64,000 bases of DNA. It comes from Macrostomum hystrix (Eukaryota > Animalia > Platyhelminthes). The position numbers and the translations under genes are program-made. The notes beneath the pieces are model-generated. The model saw nothing but the letters and a program-made list of their open reading frames with translations. It made no database searches and had not been told where the DNA came from. Each line of letters starts with the position of its first letter. The stretch's first letter is position 1. The stretch is from NCBI GenBank assembly GCA_950097015.1, contig CATNEN010000001.1, positions 5,332,001 to 5,396,000 of the forward strand, in the 5' to 3' direction. Positions 35,601 through 48,519 of the stretch are shown here, piece after piece.

Positions 35601-38600
35601 GGGCGATCTTGAGAATCTCGAGTGTGGAATCTGTCGGAGCTGGTTGAACCGCCAGTCGAACCCACAAGACATTGTAGGTTTTGTATAGCACTGGTAGCAC
35701 GGACCAGAGTTTGTCAATCTTGTCGCGCAGAGTTAAGGCTGGTACGATTGTGTTTGTTGTCGTGTTGATTGCGTGCATGTAGACATCGCTCCTTGTGATT
35801 GAAAAGGAAATACAACAAATCCTTATTTAACTAATCTACTAATCTCGTAAATCGGGAAAAGGGGTTGCCAATTTTTAACTGAACGCTCTAGAAAGGAGCC
35901 TGAGGTCAATCTCCAAACCAAACCGACTGAAACCGGAAATTTTGCCTGGGTACCATTGGCAGGTCGAATGGATCGACCAGCTACTGATTTCAGTCGGTTT
36001 GGTTCGAGGATCGACCAGCTACTGATTTCAGTCGGTTTGGTTCGAGGATCGACCAGCTACTGATTTCAGTCGGTTTGGATCGAGGATCGACCAGCTACTG
36101 ATTTCAGTCGGTTTGGTTCGAGGATCGACCAGCTACTGATTTCAGTCGGTTTGGATCAAGGATCAACCAGCTACTGATTTCAGTCGGTTTGGATCGAGGA
36201 TCGACCAGCTACTGATTTCAGTCGGTTTGGATCGAGGATCGACCAGCTACTGATTTCAGTCGGTTTGGATCGAGGATCGACCAGCTACTGATTTCAGTCG
36301 GTTTGGATCGAGGATCGACCAGCTACTGATTTCAGTCGGTTTGGTTCGAGGATCGACCAGCTACTGATTTCAGTCGGTTTGGTTCGAGGATCGACCAGCT
36401 ACTGATTTCAGTCGGTTTGGTTCGAGGATCGACCAGCTACTGGTTTCAGTCGGTTTGGATCAAGGATCTGGACCAGATTACCTACAAATTAAGGCCACAC
36501 TCACTTAGTAGCATCGGCAGTGCCATCATCACGCTTATAGGTGACGATGTTATTAGCAACTATTCTCCAACCTGTGATGTTGCTCAAGTAGGTCATGAGT
36601 TCGTCCCTCACTAGGCCAGCTCCTCTCGTATCGTCGCTCAGGGTGACAACAATCTGCTGGTTCAATGACAGCAGGTATATTGTGGTACTAGCCCAGGTGA
36701 CGTACTTAGAATCGCTGACGCTGACGTTAAACATGAGAGAGCCGGACATGGATTCCTGGAAATAGGTCTTATCGCCTGTTCTTAAAACTCCACTGGCGGA
36801 TATGCTGAACACGCTGTTTGTAACGCCAAGCTGTTGCAACTGAGTCGCCAGTTGAGTTGTGTCGGCCCTAACAGCAGACATGCCGAACGTCAAGACGCTG
36901 TTGTTGCCAGTGTCAGCATCGGTGGCATACTCGGCAAAGTTGAATACAACAGTGCCTGGCGGATTGTCCACCGTCACACCGCCGAAGAATTGCGCCAATC
37001 GCCACTGCGGTGGATGGTCATTGACGTCGCCGACTTGCACTTCAATTAGAGCCATAGACGGATTGTTTGGATCGTAAGCGAGCGGATCAGAGTCTAGGGA
37101 GCGGCGAACTCGACTCTGCTGCCTCGGAGCCGCGTCCCATTCGTAGGCGGCTGCACAGGCAGATGGTGGAATGGTTTTATCTCAAGGACTACTCAACTAG
37201 AAGGACGGAACACTCTAAATTGATCGAAAGATCTAATACCGCCTAATAATGTTAGTATCCATGATGTAAATATTTAGCACAGAAAGTGAGCCAAAATGCT
37301 ATCATTAATAAAAAACGAGTCGCATAATCTATTTATAAAGGGAACTTGCTGACATACTTATTGGTTTGAATTGCAACATTTACAAAACACTAAATATCTC
37401 AAATAGCACACAACACAAACAGCACAACTTATTGTGTCAGGATGTCTAAAACATCTTTTGCCTAACAACGAGCATTTAGTAGTTAACGGTAGGGCATTTC
37501 ACAAAGACCACCAGGGTATTTCAAATGCCCTCATTTTTTCTTTTTTTTCTGTATCTCCTGAAATACTGCTGTTTAGTTGCTGTTTCAACTATTTTGTTTA
37601 AACGTTTCTAAGTCTGGCTATATATTTTGCTGAAGCAAATCAAGAAGACAGTTCATAAGCGTGTGCCAGCCAATGGAACTTACTGGAAGAGCAGTAGCTC
37701 GCACTGACCGCGATCACATAGATTGTGTAGCGCGCGACAGATTCCCGATCGGCGTCAATCAATGCGTACAGATTTCCATTCGTCTTGTTGACCAAGAAAG
37801 AGTTGTAGGTCTTTGCTGCAGGGGACGAAATTGAATAATTGGTGTGCGCATGTTACAAGGTGTGTACATATGCCCTGAGTTTTCTATCGTCACGAAGCAT
37901 GCTAATCTCCGGCGGACATCTCACCCCCTAAACAACGTGTACACAAGAAATCGAGCTCACAAATCATGAAGTAGCAAATTTGGGCCGTCGGGGTCCCAAC
38001 ATCGGTATTGACAGCTTTGGCCACGGATCCAATCAAGGTGCCGGTGAGATTCGTTCCAGGTATCGGCGTCGCTGGCGGTGTATTCTCCATCAGAGTAAAA
38101 ATCTGCATCCTTGACTGCTGCGGAAATGCTGGCGGAGTGTCGTCCACAGCCCAGACCTCCACGAGGACACTGGCCTGTGAGCTCAACGGGGGTACGCCCT
38201 GATCTGTCGCCTGGATTTGGAAACGGTACTGCACCTGGATACTGCGGCGCAGGTTGATTGCGACACTGAGCACACCAGTCACCGGCTCGATACTAAAAGC
38301 TGTACTGTCCGATGAAGATGAAGTCAAACTGAATCGAATGACAGAATTATTTCCATAGTCTGCGTCCGTAGCAAGAGCTTGCAAAATAGTTTTTCCGATG
38401 GTGCTAGACGCATTAGTGGATTCGTTGATTCGGACTTGCAGCTCCGTCACATTCGGATACACAAACAGAGGTGCGTGATCATTGATGTCATTGATAAGCA
38501 ACGTGACATAAGTTGTGCCAGTTAACTTAGGGCTACCTCGATCAATTGCTAAGAGCGTCAAATTGTACCAGCCAACTGCTCCTGTGAGATCTTTTTTGGT

Positions 38601-41600
38601 TGTCAACACGGCAGAAAAACTTTCGCCGCTCTTCTTGGTCTCAACAGCAAACAGGGACATGCCGCGATCGCTTTGACCCAGCAGCGGTTGCAGTAAGAAA
38701 TCCATCTCCCGATTCACCCCGGCATCTGCATCCGTGGCTGGAATCTCACGAACCAGCTGACCAGATCCCATGCTCTCAATCAGCGATGTTATAGTGTAAT
38801 TCGACTGAACAAAACGCGGTGCGTTGTCGTTAATATCAAGGATGCTAATGACCATAACTGTAGGTATTGTTTTTAAACTATTAGTGCTGCCCGGGTTGTC
38901 GAAAGCTTCGAACACTACGTTGTAGACTTCGCCACCAGGAACGTCGTGATCTAGCGGAGCAACCAGGTACAGCTCGCCTGTTGAACTATTAACACTAAAT
39001 TTCCCACCCGCTCCACTAAGTATTCGATAGTTTACTAGGCCGAATGCTCCCGTGTCCTCATCGCGCGCTTTGATTGTGGTCAAAAGAGTTCCGACTATAG
39101 TATTCTCAAGCAACGATAGCGCGTCACTGAACTGGGTAAAGGTTGGTGCAACATCATTGATATCCAGTACCGTAATTTCAACCGTGCCAGTGGTTATATG
39201 CACTGAGTCCGACACCAGAACAAAAAATTTGTAGCTGCTCATGGCTTCACGATCTAGAGGTGCTTTCAATGACAACTGGGCTGTGTTTGGATCAACAATA
39301 AAATAAGGATCATTCACTGGCAGAGTACTGTATTGAAGCTTGGTTGTTGAAGAGTCAGCATCGGTCGCTAATAACTTATTGCCAACCTCCATCGTTCCCT
39401 CGTTGATTGAGATACGAAACGTGCCGTTCACAGCTGGCGGTTGGAAAACGGGCGCGTTGTCATTGACGTCGCTCAAAGTAAGGATAAGCGTTCCTGTTGC
39501 TGTTTGAATTGGCAGCACCGTTTCATTGGCAAGATCTTGAACGAAAATTGGTATCGTGATCTCGCCGGCTTGCTCTCGATCTAAAATACCCGCGACCATG
39601 ATGATGCCTGTATTAGGAATCACAGTGAAGAGCGAAGTGTAATTATACATGCTTAGCTGTACAAGTTGACCACTAGGTTGTAGAGCAGACATTTGGTCAT
39701 ACAGAATGTGATAACTTAAATTTGCCGTAGAGTCCGGATCCTTGGCAGTGTACGGAGGGACAATAGGCAATGGCAGTCCCAGGGGCAGATTTTCCAGTAC
39801 AGCCTCGCGTCTGCTAAAAACTTCAAAATACGGTCGCTGATTATTAACATCTCGCACGGTGATTGCTAGTCGGCAAGATCCGCTAAGCTGCGGATAGCCC
39901 CTGTCAAATACTCCAATTGTTAGATTGTAGCTGCCGCCAAAGCGGTTCACATCCAGATTGGCGCCCCGTTCAACTTGCAACACTCCGGTGTCGCCGTACA
40001 GTGCGAATTTGTCAGCCGCTCCGCCTAAAATACGATAAAACACCTGCGAGTTTTCGCTTCCAGCTGGATCTGCGTCGGTAGCGTTCAACTGGGTGACGAA
40101 TGTGCCCTCCATTGAGGTCTCCAACACAGTTGCTGTGAAAACGCTTTTAGTGCACTTAGGAGCATTGTCGTTCTGATCTAGGACTGTTATGGTGACGGGT
40201 ACAGTGCTAGATAGAACTGGTACACCGAAATCATATGCGGACACTTTCAACTGGATTGTAGGCGAAGACAGAGACTCATAGTCAAGTGATTTTGCAAGGC
40301 TAAGTACTCCAGTGCGCTGGTCGATGATGAAGCTGGATAGGTAGTTGCCCTCGATAATCGAGTACTGGACGAGGCTGTTGTTAGTTCCCTTCTCGTCGTT
40401 GTCAGTAGCCTAAAATAAAGACGAAAGGAGTTTGAAGCTCAGTGGATACGGATAGTGGATACGGATAGTGGTTACGGATAGTGGTTACGGATAGTGGTTA
40501 CGGATAGTGGATACGGATAGTGGATACGGATAGTGGATACGGATAGTGGATACGGATAGTCGATACGGATAGTGGATACGGATAGTGGATACGGATAGTG
40601 GATACGGATAGTGGTTACGGATAGTGGTTACGGATAGTGGATACGGATAGTGGATACGGATAGTGGATACGGATAGTGGATACGGATAGTGGATACGGAT
40701 AGTGGATACGGATAGTGGATACGGATAGTGGATACGGATAGTGGATACGGATAGTGGATACGGATAGTGGATACGGATAGTGGTTACGGATAGTGGATAA
40801 AAATGATGCCCCAGAATTTCAGCTATTCTGCTAGACAAATAAGGCACATCACATAACGGATTTCCTTAAGGCTCCCTTGCTTTCGTCAGAAATGAAAAGT
40901 ACAGGCTTGCAAAAAATGGGAAGGCCTTTCGGATACAGTGAGCTGGCTTTTATCCCCCCCCCCTATACGCCCGAGCATGGCTGAGCCACCTGGACCCGCC
41001 CACGTGAACACTGATGAGGAAAACCTAGCCCTATTATCGACACACGGCACTCTCGTCTCCCCTAGGGATGCGATTTCGGGCAAGGGTGGAGCAACGCGGC
41101 ATGGAAAGCGGTGAGGAGACGGTATGAGCTGGGTACGGATGTTCTGAGGAGAAAGCAGCCGAGAACCTCTCCCCCATCTGTGCCAGTCGCAATTAATCAA
41201 TAGGATTGTTGCAAAAGTAATCTCCAAGATTGCTCTCTGCTTGTCCGCAATCAGAATTAGAGAGACACATATTGAAACTCGAGAGTGACTGACAGATGCG
41301 AATGCTAATAAATAATAGAGAGCCAACTCACCTCAACCTGCAGAGGGCTCTCGAATGCCAGCGAGTTTTCTTTCACAAGGCCGGCATAGCTAGGCCTAGT
41401 GAATATTGGAGCATTGTCATTCACATCCGTCAGATAGACCTCCAGCTGTACTGTGGTGATGAAGCCCCCACCATCGCGCGCTCTGGCAGCCAAGTAGATC
41501 ACCGGGATCCGCTCTCGATCGAGTGGCGTCGCAGTTGAAGTTACCGATGGATCGACATTCACCAGCACCTCTCCAGTGGCTGAATTGATGCTAAATCTGT

Positions 41601-44600
41601 CAATGAGTTGTGCCAATCAATTGGCCAATTTTGTTAGTTTCGTTTTCTACAGTGCATGAACTAACGAATCACGGAAGAAGTCACTTACGCGCTGTTGTCT
41701 GTTCCTTCCAGGCTGTATGTTACCGTTCCAAAAGCGCCACTGTCTAAATCATTTGCCTGAAATGATGCATGTCACGGTTGGTGTCAGAGCTCACCATTGA
41801 GGACTGACCCCCTAGAGTACAGTGAGACACTGTTCGAAACAACACAAAAAGTCACCCCACCCCTGCGTGCGCGTGTGCTCAGGTTTCTGTGAAATAAGCA
41901 GAATTGCCTACTCGCTGGCTGCGCGTCAACTGTCACCAAACGATGTGTCCAGTGCCCGTTCCAAGGTCCTTTAGCTCCATTCCGCGGCCACATTTATTTG
42001 GGGCGCAGGAGAAGGGAAGGCTTTGGGGGGTTGTCGTGCAATTTACGCCCTTGAGGGTCAAACTTCCAAGGCACAGTGAGAGTGTGCACTGCTTGACGAT
42101 GAAAAAGTGACAGCTCTCCTGCAAATATTATCATCATTAGACAGGGCTTCACTTAGGCAGGTAGAATTCGTCGTCGCATCTTACCGTAACTTTTCCGACG
42201 GCGAAGCCCCTGACTGAATTTTCTGGAATTCTGAATATATACTTTGATACCGGAAATATGGGCCAGTTATCGTTGGCATCAATCAGCTGCAGGTAAACGG
42301 TTGCTGTGCTTGAACGCAGCTCAGGAGTTTGAGTCTCCCTAGCGACAATCTAAAATTTCATTGTTCTCTACCACTTGGAATGTGTTCCTTAGCACTTAAA
42401 AGCGAAGTTGTAAATCAATCATTGCAAGGACCTACCAGAAAGCTGACGTTGTGAATCTTTTCATAGTCCAATAGACCTGAGTTTTTCACCCTGACAATCA
42501 GGGTAGCTTCGATTGCGCCCGTGACCGGAGACACCTCAAAGTCGCCGTAGGGCAGACCGTCTCTCCACAGACTGATGTTGAACATTGCATTGATACCAGA
42601 ATCGAGGTCATTAACGACCACTCTATCATAGAAGCTGATTGGAACGCCGGCCTGTGTGTTTTCCACAACGCTGGCATTGTAGTTCGCTTGGTTGAAAGTC
42701 GGAGTGCAATCGTTCACATCTTCGACCACGATGCTGACACTTGTTCTGGTCTCTGATAAGCTAAGAAGCTGGGGCACAGCTGACACCTCCTTGGCTATGA
42801 CTGGCAGATCGATTGTGCCATAGACAGCATGCAGCTCAGCGCTTTCTCTGTCTAGCGGAGTAGAACTGGTAGTTAACCGACCAGTAGTCCTATTTAAGTC
42901 GAAGTACTTTGCGAATGTGTTTGCCAAATCCAGATAGTACTCTACAGGATTTGGAATGCCCCTGTCTCCATCAAGAGCTGAAATCTGCGCGACAAATCGA
43001 CCATTTGGTGAGTTCTCGGGAATGCGCGACATATAGGGCATGCCCTGAAAGAATGGCGGCATGTCCTGCTGATCTAGAACGTTGATGATGACATCGGCGT
43101 AGACAGAGATACCGCCAGGTGATCTGTCAGTTGCATTGGCCGCGATTTGATAGAAACGATTAGTCTCATAATCCAGAGCCTTGAGCAGCGAAATACTTCG
43201 AGCGCAAGTTGTACCACAGCGGTCACCAGTGAAGTTGAACAGTCCAGAAATGTCTATTCTTGACACCTCCTGTTTTTCGAGATTAAATAAGATCCTTCCT
43301 TCATTTAAGTTTGTTATTTAACGTTTTAATTTACAAAATAAGTACCTTAAGAGAGGACAGCGGAGTAGATTAACAGGGAACAGGGGAGAGAAGAGAGGTG
43401 AGAGAAGAGAGGTGAGAGAAGAGATCATTTTGACTCTTGTACCTCTAAAACCCATCATGAAAATCCTTGATTTGTCTCTGCTCAACCTCTTATTTAATCG
43501 ACGATTTAATAGTTTTGTTAGTTTTGTTATATCCTACTGACCATGAAGCTTAGAGATATTGCTGAGGCATCTCGATCTCTGTCCGTCGCTTGCACTTTAT
43601 ACGGCGCCACACTGAGTGTGTTCTGTAAAACAGGTGGCGATATTTTTTGCTGTAAACGAAGCTTCACTGTTGCAAAATATGGACTAAAACAGACGGTGCC
43701 AGAGGAACTTGTTACCTCAGGTATATCCCATCGATAGGGTTGGAATTGGAATTCAGGTTTGTTATCGTTGATGTCAATAACGATGACGGGGTTGAAGCTT
43801 TTGGGTACCTGAAAAAAGTTAAAATACATCCTGCATGTGACGTTAAAACAAAGTCCAAACTAAATCAACTTTCAAAATTGGTTCTTTCAAAAGACTTACC
43901 AAATTCATGTGGCCATCGTCTAGAACAATGTCCAACTGAATTTGCAGCATCGAATAAGCCTAAAAAGTTATTGTTTTTTTCTGGGATAATTTTACGGGAA
44001 AGAGCCAAAAACGTAGCTTTTTCACACCGTTAGTTTTTTGTTCGAATTTTTTTGCTAAAGTTATTCTTTCAAATTTTCTATTTTTATGTCTAATTAATAG
44101 CGTAAAATCTATTGCCGATTTAAATATTTGACACTCTAAGAAAACTTCGTTTAGTATTCTAAAAATCTTTATACAAATACGATTTCTTTACAGTTGAGAA
44201 GTAATTTAATCAGTGGTGTAGCCTAATGATTTGCTTCAGTTCACTCGGGCTGTTAAATGGATTAATTGAGGGTGGGTGTGGCGTCCCCCCCAGTCCATGG
44301 ACTGAACAGCCGTACGCAGCCTTCAGATGCGCCGCGCAATAGCTGCGGCTGTGCTGTCGGCTGCACATCTGGCCGGATTAGGTAAAATATTATTAACAAT
44401 TTTCTTCTCTTTTAGATACGACAGTTAAAATAAGAAAATGTGTTTCTAAAAATGTTCACTTTTTACCCCTAAACAACTTTACCTCAGCATCTAATCTGCC
44501 ATTGGAGTATAATATAGCCGTTCTTGTAGCACTATCCGACGTTAGTCGAAAGAAATAAGTAGCCTGCTCCTTGCCAACTAGGTTCATGATCACACGGTCA

Positions 44601-47600
44601 CCATCAGGATCTGTTGCTGTGATTCGCATCAGCGGAACGCCTGGAAATTTGGCAAAGTTATAGATTTTGTTAGTTAGTTATTGACAAGTTCAACTAACAT
44701 TGCTAGCTCTGTGTAAACCTATTATGGCGAATCCATATTTAGTTCGAAAATGATAAAAATCCAAGGTACTAAAATTTTGTGAGCAGAAAAATTAAGCCTA
44801 TAGGCCACAATGAACAACAGTAGAATTCATATTTACCGGTAGGGATCTCCTCTTTAATTTCAATGTTATAGATGGCGGTTGAGCAGTCTTCACCCGGCAG
44901 ACTCAAATAGCTGGTGTTGAGGTTGACGCAGGTTGTAACGAACGGCGCAGAGTTTCCCATACCTTAATAGAGAAATTTATATATCAATACTTTATCGTAG
45001 ATTATAATGGAAGAGCAGCGTTGATAGACCAGAAATGTTAAGCTTCGTAGATAATGCCATCAATTATTGTCAATAATAAATGAATGCTACTTCTCTAATG
45101 CGGAGTTTTCTAATTAATTGAAGAACCAAAATAAGCCCTTTTAAACCGTGACTCATTTTATAGGAAGCATTTAGCTAATTATTTATTAACAGGGTAGGCT
45201 GAGCTGCATCGTGAGTTGAGCTTCAATCTAGCTCGTAGTTCGTTTTGAGACTCTAACAAGCAATCTTTACTTCTACTTGTAAGCTTGCGTAAAGCTGGAT
45301 GAGTTCTTAAATCTTTAAGTGAGATTAGATTATAATCGTGCATTATGAGTTTCACTTAGACATAAGTGAATGCAATGTACTTTAGCGTGAGCTTGACAAC
45401 AATTTTAGTAAATCTAAACCAGTAAAGCTTACCAGTAATTAAATCTAAAATAAGTAGATAACTTATGTATTATGGATTGTCGATTTTAAATTCAATTTGC
45501 AGCCTAGTACGGGGTTGTAGCCTAGTAGGGGGTTGTAGCCTAGTAGGGGGTTGTAGCCTAGTAGGGGGCTGTAGCCTAGTAGGGGGTTGTAGCCTAGTAG
45601 GGTGGTAGCCTAGTAGGGGGTTGTAGCCTAGTAGGGGGTTGTAGCCTAGTAGGGTGGTAGCCTAGTAGGGGGTTGTAGCCTAGTAGGGTGGTAGCCTAGT
45701 AGGGGGTGGTAGCCTAGTAGGGGGTGGTAGCCTAGTAGGGGGTGGTAGCCTAGTAGGGGGTGGTAGCCTAGTAGGGGGTTGTAGCCTAGTAGGGGGTGGT
45801 AGCCTAGTAGGGGGTGGTAGCCTAGTAGGGGGTGGTAGCCTAGTAGGGGGTTGTAGCCTAGTTGGGGGTGGTGGAATAGTAGGGGGTTGTAGCCTAGTAG
45901 GGGGTTGTAGCCTAGTAGGGTGGTAGCCTAGTAGGGGGTTGTAGCCTAGTAGGGGGTTGTAGCCTAGTAGGGTGGTAGCCTAGTAGGGGGTTGTAGCCTA
46001 GTAGGGTGGTAGCCTAGTAGGGAGTTGTAGCCTAGTAGGGTGGTAGCCTAGTAGGGGGTGGTAGCCTAGTAGGGGGTGGTAGCCTAGTAGGGGGTGGTAG
46101 CCTAGTAGGGGGTGGTAGCCTAGTAGGGGGTGGTAGCATAGTAGAGGGTTGTAGCCTATTTTGGGGTTGTAGCCTAATAGGAGGTTATCGCCAAATAGGG
46201 GTTTGTAGCCTAATAAGGGGTTTGTAGCCTAATAAGGGGTTGTAGCCTAATAAGGGTTTGTAGCCTAATAAGGGGTTGTAGCCTAATAAGGGGTTGTAGC
46301 CTAATAAGGGGTTGTAGCCTAATAAGGGGTTGTAGCCTAATAAGGGGTTGTAGCCTAATAAGGGTTTGTAGCCTAATAAGGGGTTGTAGCCTAATAAGGG
46401 TTTGTAGCCTAATAAGGGGTTGTAGCCTAATAAGGGGTTGTAGCCTAATAAGGGTTTGTAGCCTAATAAGGGGTTGTAGCCTAATAAGGGGTTGTAGCCT
46501 AATATGAGGTTATCGCCTAATAGGAGGTTGGAGCCTAATAAGGGGTTGTAGCCTAATAGGAGGTTGGAGCCTAATAAGGGGTGGTAGCCTAGTAGGGGGT
46601 GGTAGCCTAGTAGGGGGTGGTAGCCTAGTAGGGGGTGGTAGCATAGTAGAGGGTTGTAGCCTATTTTGGGGTTGTAGCCTAATAGGAGGTTATCGCCAAA
46701 TAGGGGTTTGTAGCCTAATAAGGGGTTGTAGCCTAATAAGGGTTTGTAGCCTAATAAGGGGTTGTAGCCTAATAAGGGGTTGTAGCCTAATAAGGGTTTG
46801 TAGCCTAATAAGGGGTTGTAGCCTAATAAGGGGTTGTAGCCTAATAAGGGTTTGTAGCCTAATAAGGGGTTGTAGCCTAATAAGGGGTTGTAGCCTAATA
46901 AGGGTTTGTAGCCTAATAAGGGGTTGTAGCCTAATAAGGGGTTGTAGCCTAATAAGGGTTTGTAGCCTAATAAGGGGTTGTAGCCTAATAAGGGGTTGTA
47001 GCCTAATATGAGGTTATCGCCTAATAGGAGGTTGGAGCCTAATAAGGGGTTGTAGCCTAATAGGAGGTTGGAGCCTAATAAGGGGTGGTAGCCTAGTAGG
47101 GGGTGGTAGCCTAATAGGGGGTGGTAGCCTAGTAGGGGGTGGTAGCATAGTAGAGGGTTGTAGCCTATTTTGGGGTTGTAGCCTAATAGGAGGTTATCGC
47201 CAAATAGGGGTTTGTAGCCTAATAAGGGGTTGTAGCCTAATAAGGGTTTGTAGCCTAATAAGGGGTTGTAGCCTAATAAGGGGTTGTAGCCTAATAAGGG
47301 TTTGTAGCCTAATAAGGGGTTGTAGCCTAATAAGGGGTTGTAGCCTAATAAGGGTTTGTAGCCTAATAAGGGGTTGTAGCCTAATAAGGGGTTGTAGCCT
47401 AATAAGGGTTTGTAGCCTAATAAGGGGTTGTAGCCTAATAAGGGGTTGTAGCCTAATATGAGGTTATCGCCTAATAGGAGGTTGGAGCCTAATAAGGGGT
47501 TGTAGCCTAATAGGGCGTAGTGGCCTAATAGGGGGTTTTCGTCTAGTTGAGGATTGTGATCTAGCATGGGTGATAGTGTAGTAAGGTTTATCATTCTTAT

Positions 47601-47738
47601 GATCACTTCTAAGGATTTTTACAAAAGGCCAGTGTTTTTAGGATTCTAATATTAACTATAATTATTATATACAGAAATCTTACTTGTTTGAAACATAATC
47701 GCCAGAGAGATAAGCAGCAAAAAACTAGCTGCAAACAT
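29699..47738 (-). CDS. Non-classical cadherin, Cad87A/cadherin-23-like, ~1940 aa (signal peptide, tandem EC repeats, one TM helix, cytoplasmic tail)
   Basis: Phase-consistent exons: 47684-47738 (signal peptide MFAASFLLLISLAIMFQTS), 44837-44962, 44483-44640, 43900-43959, 43716-43808, 43542-43622, 42436-43269, 42185-42349, 41689-41756, 41332-41596, 37961-40409, 37684-37815, 36505-37150, 35487-35791 (TM IALIAVACGLTVMLFFSCVSLW), 34803-34863, 30455-30523, 29699-29954; total 5823 nt. Repeated DxNDNxP, LDRE/LDYE and AxDxD Ca-binding motifs; tail RKLKAATAVAFG...PGTNAHAFEGSNPIW resembles the Cad87A/CDH23 group. Confidence 0.92.
30095..30428. repeat. Degenerate CT-rich repeat (ctgtctcatctc)
   Basis: Low-complexity pyrimidine tract in the last cadherin intron. 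Confidence 0.75.
30943..31692. repeat. 25/23-bp minisatellite (tggttatctgttggtgaggggacat)n
   Basis: About 30 units; switches to a 23-bp variant from ~31480. Confidence 0.95.
32472..33446 (+). mobile_element. Deleted Tc1/mariner element with long (~165 bp) terminal inverted repeats
   Basis: Starts TACGAGGGG. 32491-32638 is the reverse complement of 33263-33446 (the right arm has an extra ~38 bp and lacks the outermost ~19 bp). The internal ORF has a mariner HTH (EIHGVSAISKSAVYRWLEEFSHGRTDVADD..RGRP) fused to the transposase C-terminus (INALLTRWTKCCELRGDFVE). Confidence 0.85.
33964..34174 (-). CDS. Probable alternative terminal exon of the cadherin (tail ending ...ESQTLF*)
   Basis: Acceptors CAG (34175-34177) and TAG (34091-34093) are both in phase 2 with exon 34803-34863. 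The open frame contains GSNPFAFDN, echoing GSNPIW of the downstream exon. Confidence 0.6.
35125..35433 (+). mobile_element. SINE family B, near full-length copy with deletions
   Basis: tagcagagcggttaacgcatttgcc, gctcgattcc, ctgcctgacgatgagaaagtcagggcagatgtacac, agccctcctgcaa. Confidence 0.8.
35970..36475. repeat. 38-bp minisatellite (gatcgaccagctactgatttcagtcggtttggttcgag)n
   Basis: About 13 units, with one inverted copy at 35902-35936. Confidence 0.95.
40441..40799. repeat. 13-bp minisatellite (ggatacggatagt)n
   Basis: About 27 units next to a cadherin acceptor. Confidence 0.95.
41866..42124 (+). mobile_element. SINE family B, rearranged copy
   Basis: The 3' segment (gcagaattgcc...gtcaccaaa) precedes the 5'/middle segment (ggccacatttatttggggcgcag...gacgatgaaaaagt), then the tail ctcctgcaa. 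Confidence 0.7.
44228..44395 (+). mobile_element. SINE family A, 3' part
   Basis: cagtccatggactgaacag...cagatgcgccgcgcaatagctgcggctgtgctgtcggctgcaca shared with the other copies. Confidence 0.8.
45499..47535. repeat. 18-bp G-rich minisatellite (gcctartarggggttgta)n
   Basis: About 110 units in cadherin intron 1, with a ~504-bp higher-order repeat. Confidence 0.97.
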
Positions 47739-48519
47739 TTCTTCCGTTGTTTTTTTGTTTTTTTTGTTGCCTTTTTCAGTTGATTCTTTAAGAAAAATAT
47801 ATGGGGAATTGACTGTAGACTCAGGATTTAGAAAGGGGATTTTATATACGGTCGGAATAACCAGAGACAGACAGGTAGGCAGGTAGCGAGGTAGGCCGCT
47901 AGGAGGGTGGATGGGATAAATTCCCAGCAGCGCACGAGTTTGTGGGGGAACAGCAACATCCAATACTAATTCCTGCCCTCTTCCTCTCCTCACTGTCCTC
48001 TTTCTCTTCCTCTATCCGTTCTCTTCCGTTGCTGTCTTCTTGTGAGTTTCAATTCCTTCTCTAGCTAGGCTGTGCTTTGGCGTAGGCAGGGGTTAGGTAG
48101 GTGAACGAGGTTGGTGAACGGTGAGGTGAAGAGGCAGAAATGCTGAAGCAGAGTGGAGAACAATTTGGGGTTGGGTTTAAAACCAAACCCCGTTAATCCG
48201 GTGGATTGCTATTGGCTCGCGGGGGGGCGTTGTGACAGCACAAAGATTTCCTTCCCTATACTCGTGTAGAAGGTACGGCTCAATCCGACACAACAGCCAG
48301 CAAAAGCAAAGAAATTTGGGCGGGTCCCTTTTTAAATTTTGTTAAATTGGAAAACAGGCGTCAATTGAGGGGGTGGTAGAGAGGTAGAGAAATTTACAAA
48401 GTCATTATCCTGCCTCAATCTACTCGTAAATTTACAGGCAAGGTAAGATAGCTTTAAGAAAAACAAATCAAAATAAAATGTGGACAACACAATGGTTACC
48501 TACTTGTACCTATGTGTAC

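Noticed and set aside
46185-47606. 473-aa (GYNPLL)n ORF
   Set aside because: An in-frame 18-bp minisatellite in cadherin intron 1; the flanking exons join in phase without it.
47739-47993. N-terminal extension of the cadherin in ORF 47652-47993
   Set aside because: It starts at a non-ATG codon; the ATG at 47738 directly begins a good signal peptide.
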